Source: Octopus sinensis
Lineage: Eukaryota
Assembly: GCF_006345805.1 (NCBI RefSeq)
Contig: NW_021834322.1
Coordinates: 3,770-67,769 of the forward strand
Direction of reading: 5' to 3'
DNA length: 64,000 nt
Position numbers and translations under genes: made by a program. The notes below the pieces were generated by a model that saw nothing but the letters and a program-made list of their open reading frames with translations, ran no database searches and was not told where the DNA came from. The first letter of the stretch is position 1, and each line of letters begins with the position of its first letter. Below are positions 12,720 to 23,454 of the stretch, piece by piece.

Positions 12720-12735
12720 GGAGGTAGTGATGATA

Positions 12736-12767
<32 letters not shown>

Positions 12768-12790
12768 GGTGATGATAGTGATAATGATGG

Positions 12791-12821
<31 letters not shown>

Positions 12822-12837
12822 GGAGGTAGTGATGATA

Positions 12838-12869
<32 letters not shown>

Positions 12870-12892
12870 GGTGATGATAGTGATAATGATGG

Positions 12893-12923
<31 letters not shown>

Positions 12924-13000
12924 GGTGGTGGTAGTGATGATGATAATGATTGTGATGATGATGGTGGTGGTGGTGGTGGTGATGATAGTGATAATGATGG

Positions 13001-13031
<31 letters not shown>

Positions 13032-13135
13032 GGTGGTAGTGATGATAATGATGATGATGATGATGATGATGATGATGTTAGTGATGGTAGTGCTGATGCT
13101 CGCTATGATGATGATGATGATAATGATGATGATGA
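11110..13135. repeat. (GAT)n/(GGT)n microsatellite with ~100-bp higher-order repeat
   Basis: From ~12370 a GATGATAGTGATAATGATGGT...GGAGGTAGT unit recurs about every 100 bp. Confidence 0.95.
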
Positions 13136-13449
13136 TCATGGATTGCAGCTGAGCTTTCTGAAGAGGAAAAGCAGAGAAGAGACAAGAGTTGAGAAACAGA
13201 AAATTAAAAAAAAAAGAAAAAAAGTAAGAAAAAAAAATACAGGGACAAACAGACAGGAACGCACCCGCTCACACACCCACACCCAAACAGACATACATAT
13301 ATACAGACAGACAGACAAGCAGCATGACAAATATACAGACACAGAGGTGGGGAAGGTGATGGGTAGGTGTTGTTGGCCATGGTTGGCTTGGCAGTATTAG
13401 TGCTACTTCACTACTGTTTTATAGGTGGCTGATCTGAGATGCCAGTAAC

Positions 13450-13830
13450 AGGCAGTGGCAGTGGTGGTGGTAGTGGTGGTGGTAGTAGTGGTGGCAGTGG
13501 TGGTGGTAGTGGTGGTGGTAGTGGTGGTGGTGGTGGTAGTGGTGGTGGTGGTAGTGGTGGTGGTAGTGGTAGTGGTAGTAGTGGTGGTGGTGGTGGTAGT
13601 GGTGGTGGTAGTAGTGGTGGTGGTAGTAGTGGTGGTAGTAGTGGTGGTGGTAAAAGTGGTGGTGGTAGTAGTGGTGGTGGTAGTGGTGGTGGTAGCAGTG
13701 GTGGTGGTAGTAGTGGTGGTGGTAGTGGTGGTGGTAGCAGTGGTAGTGGTAGTAGTGGTGGTGGTAGTGGTGGTGGTGGCAGTGGTGGTGGTGGCAGTGG
13801 TGGTGGTAGTAGTGGCGGTGGTGGTGGTGT
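13450..13830. repeat. (GGT/AGT)n microsatellite
   Basis: Seen directly in sequence. Confidence 0.95.
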
Positions 13831-14179
13831 TGGAGCATGTTGGTGCAGTGCCCCATGTAGGAACAGGTGAAGTGGAGGGTGGTGGTCACATGGCGCGGGA
13901 CAGCGCCTCAGGTAATAACGAGAGCTTCTGTAATAAGAACACAAGAGGTGCGATGTAGGAATCATTGAACAATGTTTCGATGCATTCTGTGGAATCGGTA
14001 ATATTTGCAAGACTGCCTTAAGAAGCTAATTTCAAGGTTCATTATGGTTTCCAGAGTGTCAAGTAACGAGATGAAAATTGTACTGAAAGTTCGTTATAAA
14101 AATAATTATTTTTCGTTTAAGTGGTTGTTAGGTGAATTTAGTCATTATGTAAATTTAGAAACGGTTATATGGTCGTTTG

Positions 14180-14336
14180 TTATTATTATCATTATTATTA
14201 TTATTATTATTATTTATTTTTATTATTATTAATATTATTATTATTATTATTAATATTATTATTATTATTATTACTATTATTATTTTTATTATTATTATTA
14301 ATATTATTATTATTGTTGTTATGATTATTATATTAT

Positions 14337-14367
<31 letters not shown>

Positions 14368-14420
14368 TTATTTTTATTATTATTATTAATATTATTATTA
14401 TTATTATTATTATTGTTATT

Positions 14421-14451
<31 letters not shown>

Positions 14452-14480
14452 TTATTAATATTTTATTATTATTATTATTA

Positions 14481-14563
<83 letters not shown>

Positions 14564-14590
14564 GTTATTATTATTATTATTACTATTATT
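14180..14590. repeat. (TTA)n microsatellite
   Basis: Seen directly in sequence. Confidence 0.95.
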
Positions 14591-14598
14591 CTTGTTTA

Positions 14599-15305
14599 GG
14601 TGGAGAGCTGGCAGCATCGTTAGCACACCAGGCTAGTGTCATTATGTTCTGAGTTCAAATTCTGCCAGGCTTGCTTCTTCCCTATCATCCTCCCGGGGGT
14701 CAATAAAAGAAGTAATTTGTGTATGTTTGTGCATGTATTTTTGTGTGTCTCTGTTTGTCCCCCCCCCCATCACTTGACAACCGATGCTGGTGTGTTTACA
14801 TCTCTGTAACTTAGTGGTTCGGCGAAAGAGACCAATAGAATAAGTACTAGGCTTACAAAGAATAAGTCCTGGGGTCGATCTGCTTGATTAAAAGGCAGTG
14901 CTCCAGCATGGCCACAGTCAAATGACTGAAACAAGTAAAAGGGTAAAGAGTAAAAGAGATTAGCACAGGTGTGGCTGTGTGGTAAGATGCTCATTTCCCA
15001 ACCACATGGTTCCGAGTTCAGTCCCACTGCATGGTACCTTGGACAAGTGTCTTCTACTATAGCCCTAGCCCTAGTGAGTGGATTTGGTAGACAGAAACTG
15101 AAAGAAACCTGCCATATATATATATAATATATATAATATATATAATGATGATGTGTGTGTGTCTGTGTTTGCACCCCCACCATCACTTGACAACCAATGC
15201 TGGTGTGTTTATGTCCTCATAACTTAGCAGTTTGGCAAAAAACACTGATAGAATAAGTACTAGGCTTACAAAGAATAAGTTCTGGTGTTGATTTCTTTGA
15301 CTAAA
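14599..15305 (+). mobile_element. SINE cluster: partial family B, 3' half of family A, then a near-full family A
   Basis: Matches to other copies in the window. Confidence 0.8.
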
Positions 15306-15321
15306 ACCCTTTAAGGTTGCG

Positions 15322-15742
15322 ATTAAAACAACTGAGATTGGTCAATAGAGACAGGCCAATTCTCTTGCAAGACAATGCTCGACCACATGTTGCACAAAGA
15401 ACACTACTCATGTTAGAGGAACTCAACTTGGAAGTACTCCATCATCCACCATATTCTCCAGACCTTGCACGAACTGACTATCACGTTTTCTAGGCATTTG
15501 ATGACTTTTTGCAAGGAAAAACCTTCAAATCTGAAGAAGATGCAAAAAACAGCCTTTTGTTATTCCATCACCTCTTGCTCTCCAGAATTCTTCATTGCTG
15601 GCATAAATAAGCTACTGATAAAATGGCAAAATTGTGTTGATAACTTAGGTGCATACTTTGATTAACGGCATTGCTTTTTGCTGAGATAAAGTAAAATAAA
15701 CTTTCAGTTCAAAATTGGACATTTCCTTAATGACCTGATATA
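15322..15742 (+). mobile_element. Mariner transposase 3' fragment (pseudogene)
   Basis: LLQDNARPHVA...HHPPYSPDLARTDYHVF*...KWQNCVDNLGAYFD*. DN and YSPDLA motifs present, with a stop and a frameshift. Confidence 0.9.
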
Positions 15743-15874
15743 TATAACCAAAATAGAAAGGGCCAGAACAACATGCCTAGGACAACTTAGTATACCTAAC
15801 TGGATATCCCCTTCTTTGTGCATGCACGAGATGCGACACAAACTGCACAGATTGATGCAACACAATTAGATGCA

Positions 15875-18612
15875 TAACATCCTGAGGGTGGAAGATATTA
15901 AGCAATTAGAATCCTGCGATCACCTCTGTCTACGCCGTATCCTTCGTGTCCGATGGCATCACTTTGTCTCCAACAATTCGGTGCGACACCAGTGCAAAAT
16001 TACCTCTCTCCGACAAGTCATCCTAACGAGACGTCTGCGTTGGCTGGGTCATGCCCTCTGTCGTCAACCAGGAGAATTATCTACAAAGCAATTGCCCCAG
16101 CTCCCCTTCAGGGTTGGCGAAAGTGATGTGGTGGACAACGAAAAACCTGGCTGATGACAGTCAAGGCTGATCTGGAACCCAACCTACGAAGCAATTGCCC
16201 CAGCTCCCCTTCAGGGTTGGCGAAAGCGATGTGGTGGACAACGAAAAACCTGGCTGATGACAGTCAAGGCTGATCTGGAACCCAACCAACGAAGCAATTG
16301 CCCCAGCTCCCCTTCAGGGTTGGCGAAAGCGATGTGGTGGACAACGAAAAACCTGGCTGATGACAGTCAAGGCTGATCTGGAACCCAACCTACGAAGCAA
16401 TTGCCCCAGCTCCCCTTCAGGGTTGGCGAAAGCGATGTGGTGGACAACGAAAAACCTGGCTGATGACAGTCAGGCTGATCTGGAACCCAACCTACGAAGC
16501 AATTGCCCCAGCTCCCCTCAGGTTGGCGAAAGCGATGTGGTGGACAACGAAAAACCTGGCTGATGACAGTCAAGGCTCATCTGGAACCCAACCTACGAAG
16601 CAATTGTCCCAGCTCCCCTTCAAGGTTGGCGAAAGTGATGTGGTGGACAATGAAAAACCTGGCTGATGACAGTCAAGGCTGATCTGGAACCCAACCTACG
16701 AAGCAATTGCCCCAGCTCCCCTTCAAGGTTGGCGAAAGTGTTGTGGTGGACAATGAAAAACCTGGCTGATGACAGTCAAGGCTGATCTGGAACCCAACCT
16801 ACGAAGCAATTGCCCCAGCTCCCCTTCAGGGTTGGCGAAAGCGATGTGGTGGACAATGAAAAACCTGGCTGATGACAGTCAAGGCTGATCTGGAACCCAC
16901 CTACGAAGCAATTGCCCCAGCTCCCCTTCAGGGTTGGCGAAAGCGATGTGGTGGACAATGAAAAACCTGGCTGATGACAGTCAAGGCTGATCTGGAACCC
17001 AACCTACGAAGCAATTGCCCCAGCTCCCCTTCAGGGTTGGCGAAAGCGATGTGGTGGACAACGAAAAACCTGGCTGATGACAGTCAAGGCTGATCTGGAA
17101 CCCAACCTATGAAGCAATTGCCCCAGCTCCCCTTCAGGGTTGGCGAAAGCGATGTGGTGGACAACGAAAAACCAGGCTGATGACAGTCAAGGCTGATCTG
17201 GAACCCAACCTACGAAGCAATTGCCCCAGCTCCCCTTCAGGGTTGGCGAAAGCGATGTGGTGGACAACGAAAAACCTGGCTGATGACAGTCAAGGCTGAT
17301 CTGGAACCCAACCTACGAAGCAATTGCCCCAGCTCCCCTTCAGGGTTGGCGAAAGCGATGTGGTGGACAACGAAAAACCTGGCTGATGACAGTCAAGGCT
17401 GATCTGGAACCCAACCTACGAAGCATTGCCCCAGCTCCCCTTCAGGTTGGCGAAAGCGATGTGGTGGACAACGAAAAACCTGGCTGATGACAGTCAAGGC
17501 TGATCTGGAACCCAACCTACGAAGCAATTGCCCCAGCTCCCCTTCAGGGTTGGCGAAAGCGATGTGGTGGACAACGAAAAACCTGGCTGATGACAGTCAA
17601 GGCTGATCTGGAACCAACCTATGAAGCAATTGCCCAGCCCCCTTCAGGGTTGGCGAAAGCGATGTGGTGGACAACGAAAAACCTGGCTGATGACAGTCAA
17701 GGCTGATCTGGAACCCAACTACGAAGCAATTGCCCCAGCTCCCCTTTAGGGTTGGCGAAAGCGATGTGGTGGACAACGAAAAACCTGGCTGATGACAGTC
17801 AAGGCTGATCTGGAACCCAACCTATGAAGCAATTGCCCCAGCTCCCCTTCAGGTTGGCGAAAGCGATGTGGTGGACAACGAAAAACCTGGCTGATGACAG
17901 TCAAGGCTGATCTGGAACCCAACCTACGAAGCAATTGCCCCAGCTCCCCTTCAGGGTTGGCGAAAGCGATGTGGTGGACAACGAAAAACATGGCTGATGA
18001 CAGTCAAGGCTGATCTGGAACCCAACCTACGAAGCAATTGCCCCAGCTCCCCTTCAGGTTGGCGAAAGCGATGTGGTGGACAACGAAAAAACCTGCTGAT
18101 GACAGTCAAGGCTGATCTGGAACCCAACCTACGAAGCAATTTCCCCAGCTCCCCTTCAGGGTTGGCGAAAGCGATGTGGTGGACAACGAAAAACCTGGCT
18201 GATGACAGTCAAGGCTGATCTGGAACCCAACCTACGAAGCAATTGCCCCAGCTCCCCTTCAGGGTTGGCGAAAGCGATGTGGTGGACAACGAAAAACCTG
18301 GCTGATGACAGTCAAGGCTGATCTGGAACCCAACCTACGAAGCAATTGCCCCAGCTCCCCTTCAGGGTTGGCGAAAGCGATGTGGTGGACAACGAAAAAC
18401 CTGGCTGATGACAGTCAAGGCTGATCTGGAACCCAACCTAGGCCCCCATGTCTACGGCATTTGCCGCTGGGATAGGGAGTGGTTGGAGATCACACGGTCG
18501 TTAGCCTCAAATCGCCAGGTCTGGTCAGCGTTTGTGAGAGATGCAGCATTGAGGATGAATGAAGTCAGCTCAACCCACCCCGGGTGAATGCTGTCTCAAG
18601 ACAAGAAGACAA
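15875..18612 (+). mobile_element. 5'-truncated RTE-clade LINE containing a 103-bp tandem array
   Basis: LRVEDIKQLESCDHLCLRRILRVRW...RRLRWLGH before the array. After it: LGPHVYGICRWDREW...NRQVWSAFVRDA...HPG* (stop ~18585) and a CAAGACAAG tail. Confidence 0.88.
16078..18440. repeat. 103-bp tandem repeat, ~23 copies
   Basis: Unit CTACGAAGCAATTGCCCCAGCTCCCCTTCAGGGTTGGCGAAAGCGATGTGGTGGACAACGAAAAACCTGGCTGATGACAGTCAAGGCTGATCTGGAACCCAAC. Period 103 (16141 to 16244). Confidence 0.97.
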
Positions 18613-19009
18613 AACATAACAAACAATTGCAGGATGTGTCGAAATGATCGTTGTACTGAACAAAAACTGGTGCTAAATCTATCTTCCGTATCCTTCGTCA
18701 GTTATTACTATTAACATGTATATATTATCAAGGATATATTTTGAAAATATTCCATGCATATTTCTTCAGTAGTGATTAGAATATCTTCCTATATCTTCAT
18801 CTGAAAGACTGGAAAACAGTAAAATCTGCCATATGTTGCTTCCATCTGATATTCCTCACACATGCATTAATAAAATATTATTCTCAGATGAAATGAAGCT
18901 CAGTTTTATTAATAAAAGATTACTTTTGGTAAAATATGATATGCTAAAATAGAACAACTTAAAATAGAACACTGTTCGTTGCTTGGATTTAGCACTTTTA
19001 GATTTCTTG

Positions 19010-19690
19010 GAACTTGTTAAAGTGGTGCCTTCTGGGACAGTAGATGGAATGTGTTTAAGGAAATCCATATTTCTTCACATATAACTTGATATCTTTGGAC
19101 ATAGTTTTTTTTTTTATCAATGTACCATTTCTGTTAGGCCAGGAAACGGTCAGATAATGGGTAGAAAACCACAAAAACAAGATAAATTAGTGTTTCAAAA
19201 TGGAAATCATTGTTACAAATCTACACTTAATATCAAAAGAAAACATCTTTAACTTTGATGGAAAAATATACAGCCAGATAAATAGGGTAGCCTTGGATAC
19301 AAGAGTCACATCTTTCTATGCTGACTTAGTGAAAGGATTCTTAGATTAACAGTTGATGGACTATATTGAAAAAAATCCATATTTTTTTACATATAGCTTG
19401 TTATCTTTGAGGATAGTTTTTATGTCAATATACCATTTATGTTAGGCCAAACAGCAGTCAGCTATTGGGTTGAGAACCAAAGAGGTAAGACAAATATGTT
19501 TCAAAACAGAATTCATTGTCACAGTGATAGCCTTAATATCTTTAACTTCACTGAAAAATACCCAAAAGAAGTGAACCAATAAGAGAGCAACCATGGGTAC
19601 AAGAGTGGCACCCTTCTACGTAAACCTTTTGATGGGATGCTTAGAGTAGATCATATCACAAAGTAGAAACGATTTCTGAGCAAAAGTTTA
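19010..19690. mobile_element. Penelope-like reverse transcriptase fragments, duplicated and partly inverted
   Basis: Minus strand MDFLKHIPSTVPEGTTLTS. Plus strand FNFDGKIYSQINRVALDTRVTSFYA and ATMGTRVAPFYVNLLMGCLE (a PLE RT MGxxxAPxYANL-like motif). Confidence 0.75.
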
Positions 19691-19696
19691 AAAGAC

Positions 19697-19851
19697 CACC
19701 ACCATCACCATCTATCATCATCACCATCCATCATCACCACCATTAGCATTACCACATCACCATCTATCATCATCACCATCCATCATCACCACCATTAGCA
19801 TTACCACCATCACCATCTATCATCATCACCATCCATCATCACCACCATTAG
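19697..19851. repeat. Three copies of a ~53-bp CAT/CAC-rich unit
   Basis: CCATCACCATCTATCATCATCACCATCCATCATCACCACCATTAG occurs three times. Confidence 0.85.
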
Positions 19852-20284
19852 TGATAATGGTCAGACACAAACAACCTCTATTTCAAGTTCTTACTGGATA
19901 AACATTTTCAGTCCGTAATTTCAAAACCTTGTATAGTTTACATGATAATTAATCATTTATATTTGGCAAATGTTAACTTCCTCATGTGCAAGCATCTTGA
20001 TGCTTATTCCTATCGAGAAATAATGTATGGGAAATAAGTGTAAAACTAAAAATGTTATATATAGATGTATAGTTACACCTGATGGTAAGGAATTCTTTTA
20101 CATTAGTGGGACATCATTAATTTTCAAGAGGAGACTGGCAAATCATTTGAGTTTATTGAAGGACAAAAGAAGTGAATCAATAAGAGAGCAACCATGGGTA
20201 CAAGAGTGGCACCCTTCTACGTAAACCTTTTGATGGGATGCTTAGAGTAGATCATATCACAAAGTAGAAACGATTTCTGAGCAA

Positions 20285-21470
20285 AACTTCACATCCATTA
20301 GCCTTGGATGTGAAAATCCTGTAAAATTCTTCTACACATAGGTCACATCTATTGGTTCCAGGTCTGTAAATTATCTCCCTTTGAATCATAGTCCTTGTTA
20401 CTGTCCTTAAAAGACCAGATTAATTTGCTAAGACACTTTTGAAATCTTTTATTTTTGTCCTTCAATAAACTCAAATGATTTGCCAGTCTCCTCTTGAAAA
20501 TTAATGATGTCCCACCAATGTAAAAGAATTCCTTACCTTCAGGTGTAACTATACATCTATACATAACATTTTTAGTTTTTCACTTATTTTCCACAGAACA
20601 ATTGCAAAGATAGCCTTTTATATTTATCCCAGATTTAGTTTCAATTTGATCATTGATTGTAGAATTAAATTCATTTCCACCAAGTTCTCTATTACTATAT
20701 ACTCCTTTAGATAACATTATCATTGTTCTATTTCTAACTGAACTTTTATTCAATTTGATGTTATTATTTATGTTAAATTGGGTTGTCTCCCTTTCCACAA
20801 CATTTAATATCTCAACATTCCCTTCTATTTGAGTTTCTTTATCCTATTTTTTGTTATTATGCTTCGAATTTATTATGCTATTCTGATTGAAATTGCTTTT
20901 TTGAAATTTCAGTATTATTTTAATGTTAGGTGTTGCTATAATTTGTGCAATATTACAACAAAGACAATAACCTAATCTAATCTTATGCCAATTAAAAATT
21001 TTGTAAGAGCTGTGGTTTCTTGGAAAATATTTTCGAATTGCTTTATTTAGCAATTTCGAAATATTGCAGTTGACCTGTTTTGCAAGTGGAACAATTAACC
21101 ATAAAGTATTTCTCAAGTTAAGATCCTAATTTTGATGTTTGTACCCGTTTTTTGAAAGAGTATTTATTTTCTGATTTCAATCCATTTTAAAGATAGTGTT
21201 AGTTTTATTTTTATTTTTACATCTTTTAACCGATTTTATATTAAAAGAATTTGAGATTTTGTTAGAGAATACTAAATCCACATTTTCATTAGCAGTACGA
21301 GCCAGTCATAGAATCACTAAAGACATATGTACCATCGATTTTAAATTACTTTAAATGTCCTTGATTGTAAGATTCATGTATTCATCTGAAGAAAACGGTT
21401 TTTTATAATGATATTATGTACTCATTGATCAATTAAAAAATTCGTTAGAAATGGCTAAAATGAATTGACA
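20285..21470 (-). mobile_element. Penelope-like element ORF remnant: linker plus GIY-YIG endonuclease
   Basis: RNTLWLIVP...YFPRNHSSYKIFNWHKIRLGY; NVMYRCIV...FYIGGTS..FKRRLANH...LSKLIWSFKD; PGTNRCDLCVEE. Degraded by frameshifts. Confidence 0.85.
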
Positions 21471-21497
21471 CCTGTCCATCAATTGTTACACACACAT

Positions 21498-21597
<100 letters not shown>

Positions 21598-21655
21598 AGA
21601 AAGCAGTTCTCACTTTCTTCTTTTTCTTTTTACTTTTATTTTGATTTACTTTTCC

Positions 21656-21721
21656 ACTCTGATGAAGTTCTGTGATTCAATTTGGTAACTGAGAATCATG
21701 CTAACGGAAACAGCTGTAAGT
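21656..21721 (+). ncRNA. Hammerhead-like ribozyme motif
   Basis: ACT-CTGATGA-A-GTT..TGATTC..GAATCA..AAC-G-GAAA-CAGCTG-TA-AGT. Same palindromic stem III as 471-597, but with a non-canonical A-G at the base of stem II. Confidence 0.6.
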
Positions 21722-23047
21722 TAAGATTCTGTCTTTTTGTAATTAATTAATAAAATATAATTGATGTAAATCAATTGTTATTCATCAATTGTATCTCCAT
21801 TTTCTATTTTCCTTGAATACTGATAAACTTTAGTTTATTCATGTCCTTGCCTATCATTTATGAGCATTAATACCAATGCTTATGATTAAATATAAGTAAT
21901 ACACCAGTGGATTCATTGGATACAAGCATCCCTTAGACGGTTGTTATAACTACTAACTTAACTCACCTACTTATATGTATTTATATATAGGAGCAAGGAG
22001 GAACTGACGAAGGAGCAATAACTCCTAAAATATGTATATACATCCATTACCTATTTTTCTTTTTTCATATATGAAACATTGTAACTTTCAGTGCTCGTTT
22101 CCTTTAGTGTTAGTTTCCTTCTACCACACCCCTTTGCAAAGTTTTAGTCATCTTGGCTCTATAGTGAGCAAGGTACCAATCAGTGAAACTGAAACCAAAA
22201 CTATTTGTTATTCATCAATTGTATCTCCATTTTCTATTTTCCTTGAATTCATCTTAGAATTTATTTCTGTATAATAAATTCTAAGATGAAACTAAAAACC
22301 AGGTAGACTTTAAGAATAAAAGCTGACATGAACTAAAAGACAGAAAATTTGATATATTGCATAACCTGTCTTAACTATAAAGTAAATTACATCAGTCAGA
22401 CTGTAAATGTCTTATGCGAATGAGTCAGAATACACAAACAGCACATATGACAACCAGAAATAAGGAGAATCTCACAAAATAAACATTTAGAAATTTTAAG
22501 GGTATAATAGCAACTTCAAGAAATTTTCTCTTTGTAAATATACAAGACATGATCCACAATACTGGAGAGAAATGGGAAAATATTTCATGAAGAAATTTTC
22601 ATCTGAGTCTAGACAAATAAGTGCTCTGCATAGAGAGACACATGTAATAATGTTACTTGGCAATAACATTATATACATTCAATCTTGACAAGTCCCAAGG
22701 TGGATGAAAGTACTAGGTTCAAATAATAAACAGTATTTTAATTTAAGTTATTTTACTTTTGACAGCGATCTTTTATTAATAATATTACTGAACAACATAA
22801 GTAATAATCTTTCATTTTTGTTGTTGTTGTTGTTGTGACAGTAACATTTTATTAATTTGCTAATATATTATTCTGTACACTACCACGGACATCTTATAAA
22901 CAGACAAACCACACAAGCACACATATACTCATTCATAAACGTATGTGTGTGTGTGTGTGCATGTGTGTGTATCATAAGTCAATGTCAAGGTTCACTGCCC
23001 TACTACACAGGTCAAAGTATCACATAACCTCTCACTCCTTCTTTCAT

Positions 23048-23084
<37 letters not shown>

Positions 23085-23415
23085 TCATATATGTATATCT
23101 ATTTATCTATATGTATATATGTATGTATATGGTGTGTGTGATAATCACTTTATGTCTGCTAAAGGAGCCATGACGAGAATAATAATGAATTCACCAAGGA
23201 ATAATAAAATCAGAAATCTATATATTCTTTTCCTCTCTCTCTCTCTCTCTCTTCCAGTTATGTCTCTCTGTTTCTCTCTCTCTCTCACTCACTGATATAT
23301 ATCTATCTATCCATCACTCACAGTTTTTGTCTTGCAAAAACATCATGAGCATATATACGCACAAACGCACGTGTGTGCATTCATGTATGTGTGTGTGTGT
23401 GTTGTGTGTGTGTGT

Positions 23416-23452
<37 letters not shown>

Positions 23453-23454
<2 letters not shown>

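Noticed and set aside
11628-13139. 503-aa and other long ORFs (also 31150-32319, 58854-60317, 3040-4613)
   Set aside because: These are translations of stop-free micro/minisatellites with no domain content.
16078-18440. CRISPR array or tandem ncRNA genes
   Set aside because: There are no variable spacers, and the unit is a piece of RTE coding sequence.
18630-18700. Possible minus-strand hammerhead (CTGACGAAGG...)
   Set aside because: No GAAA core or stem II partner at a usable position.
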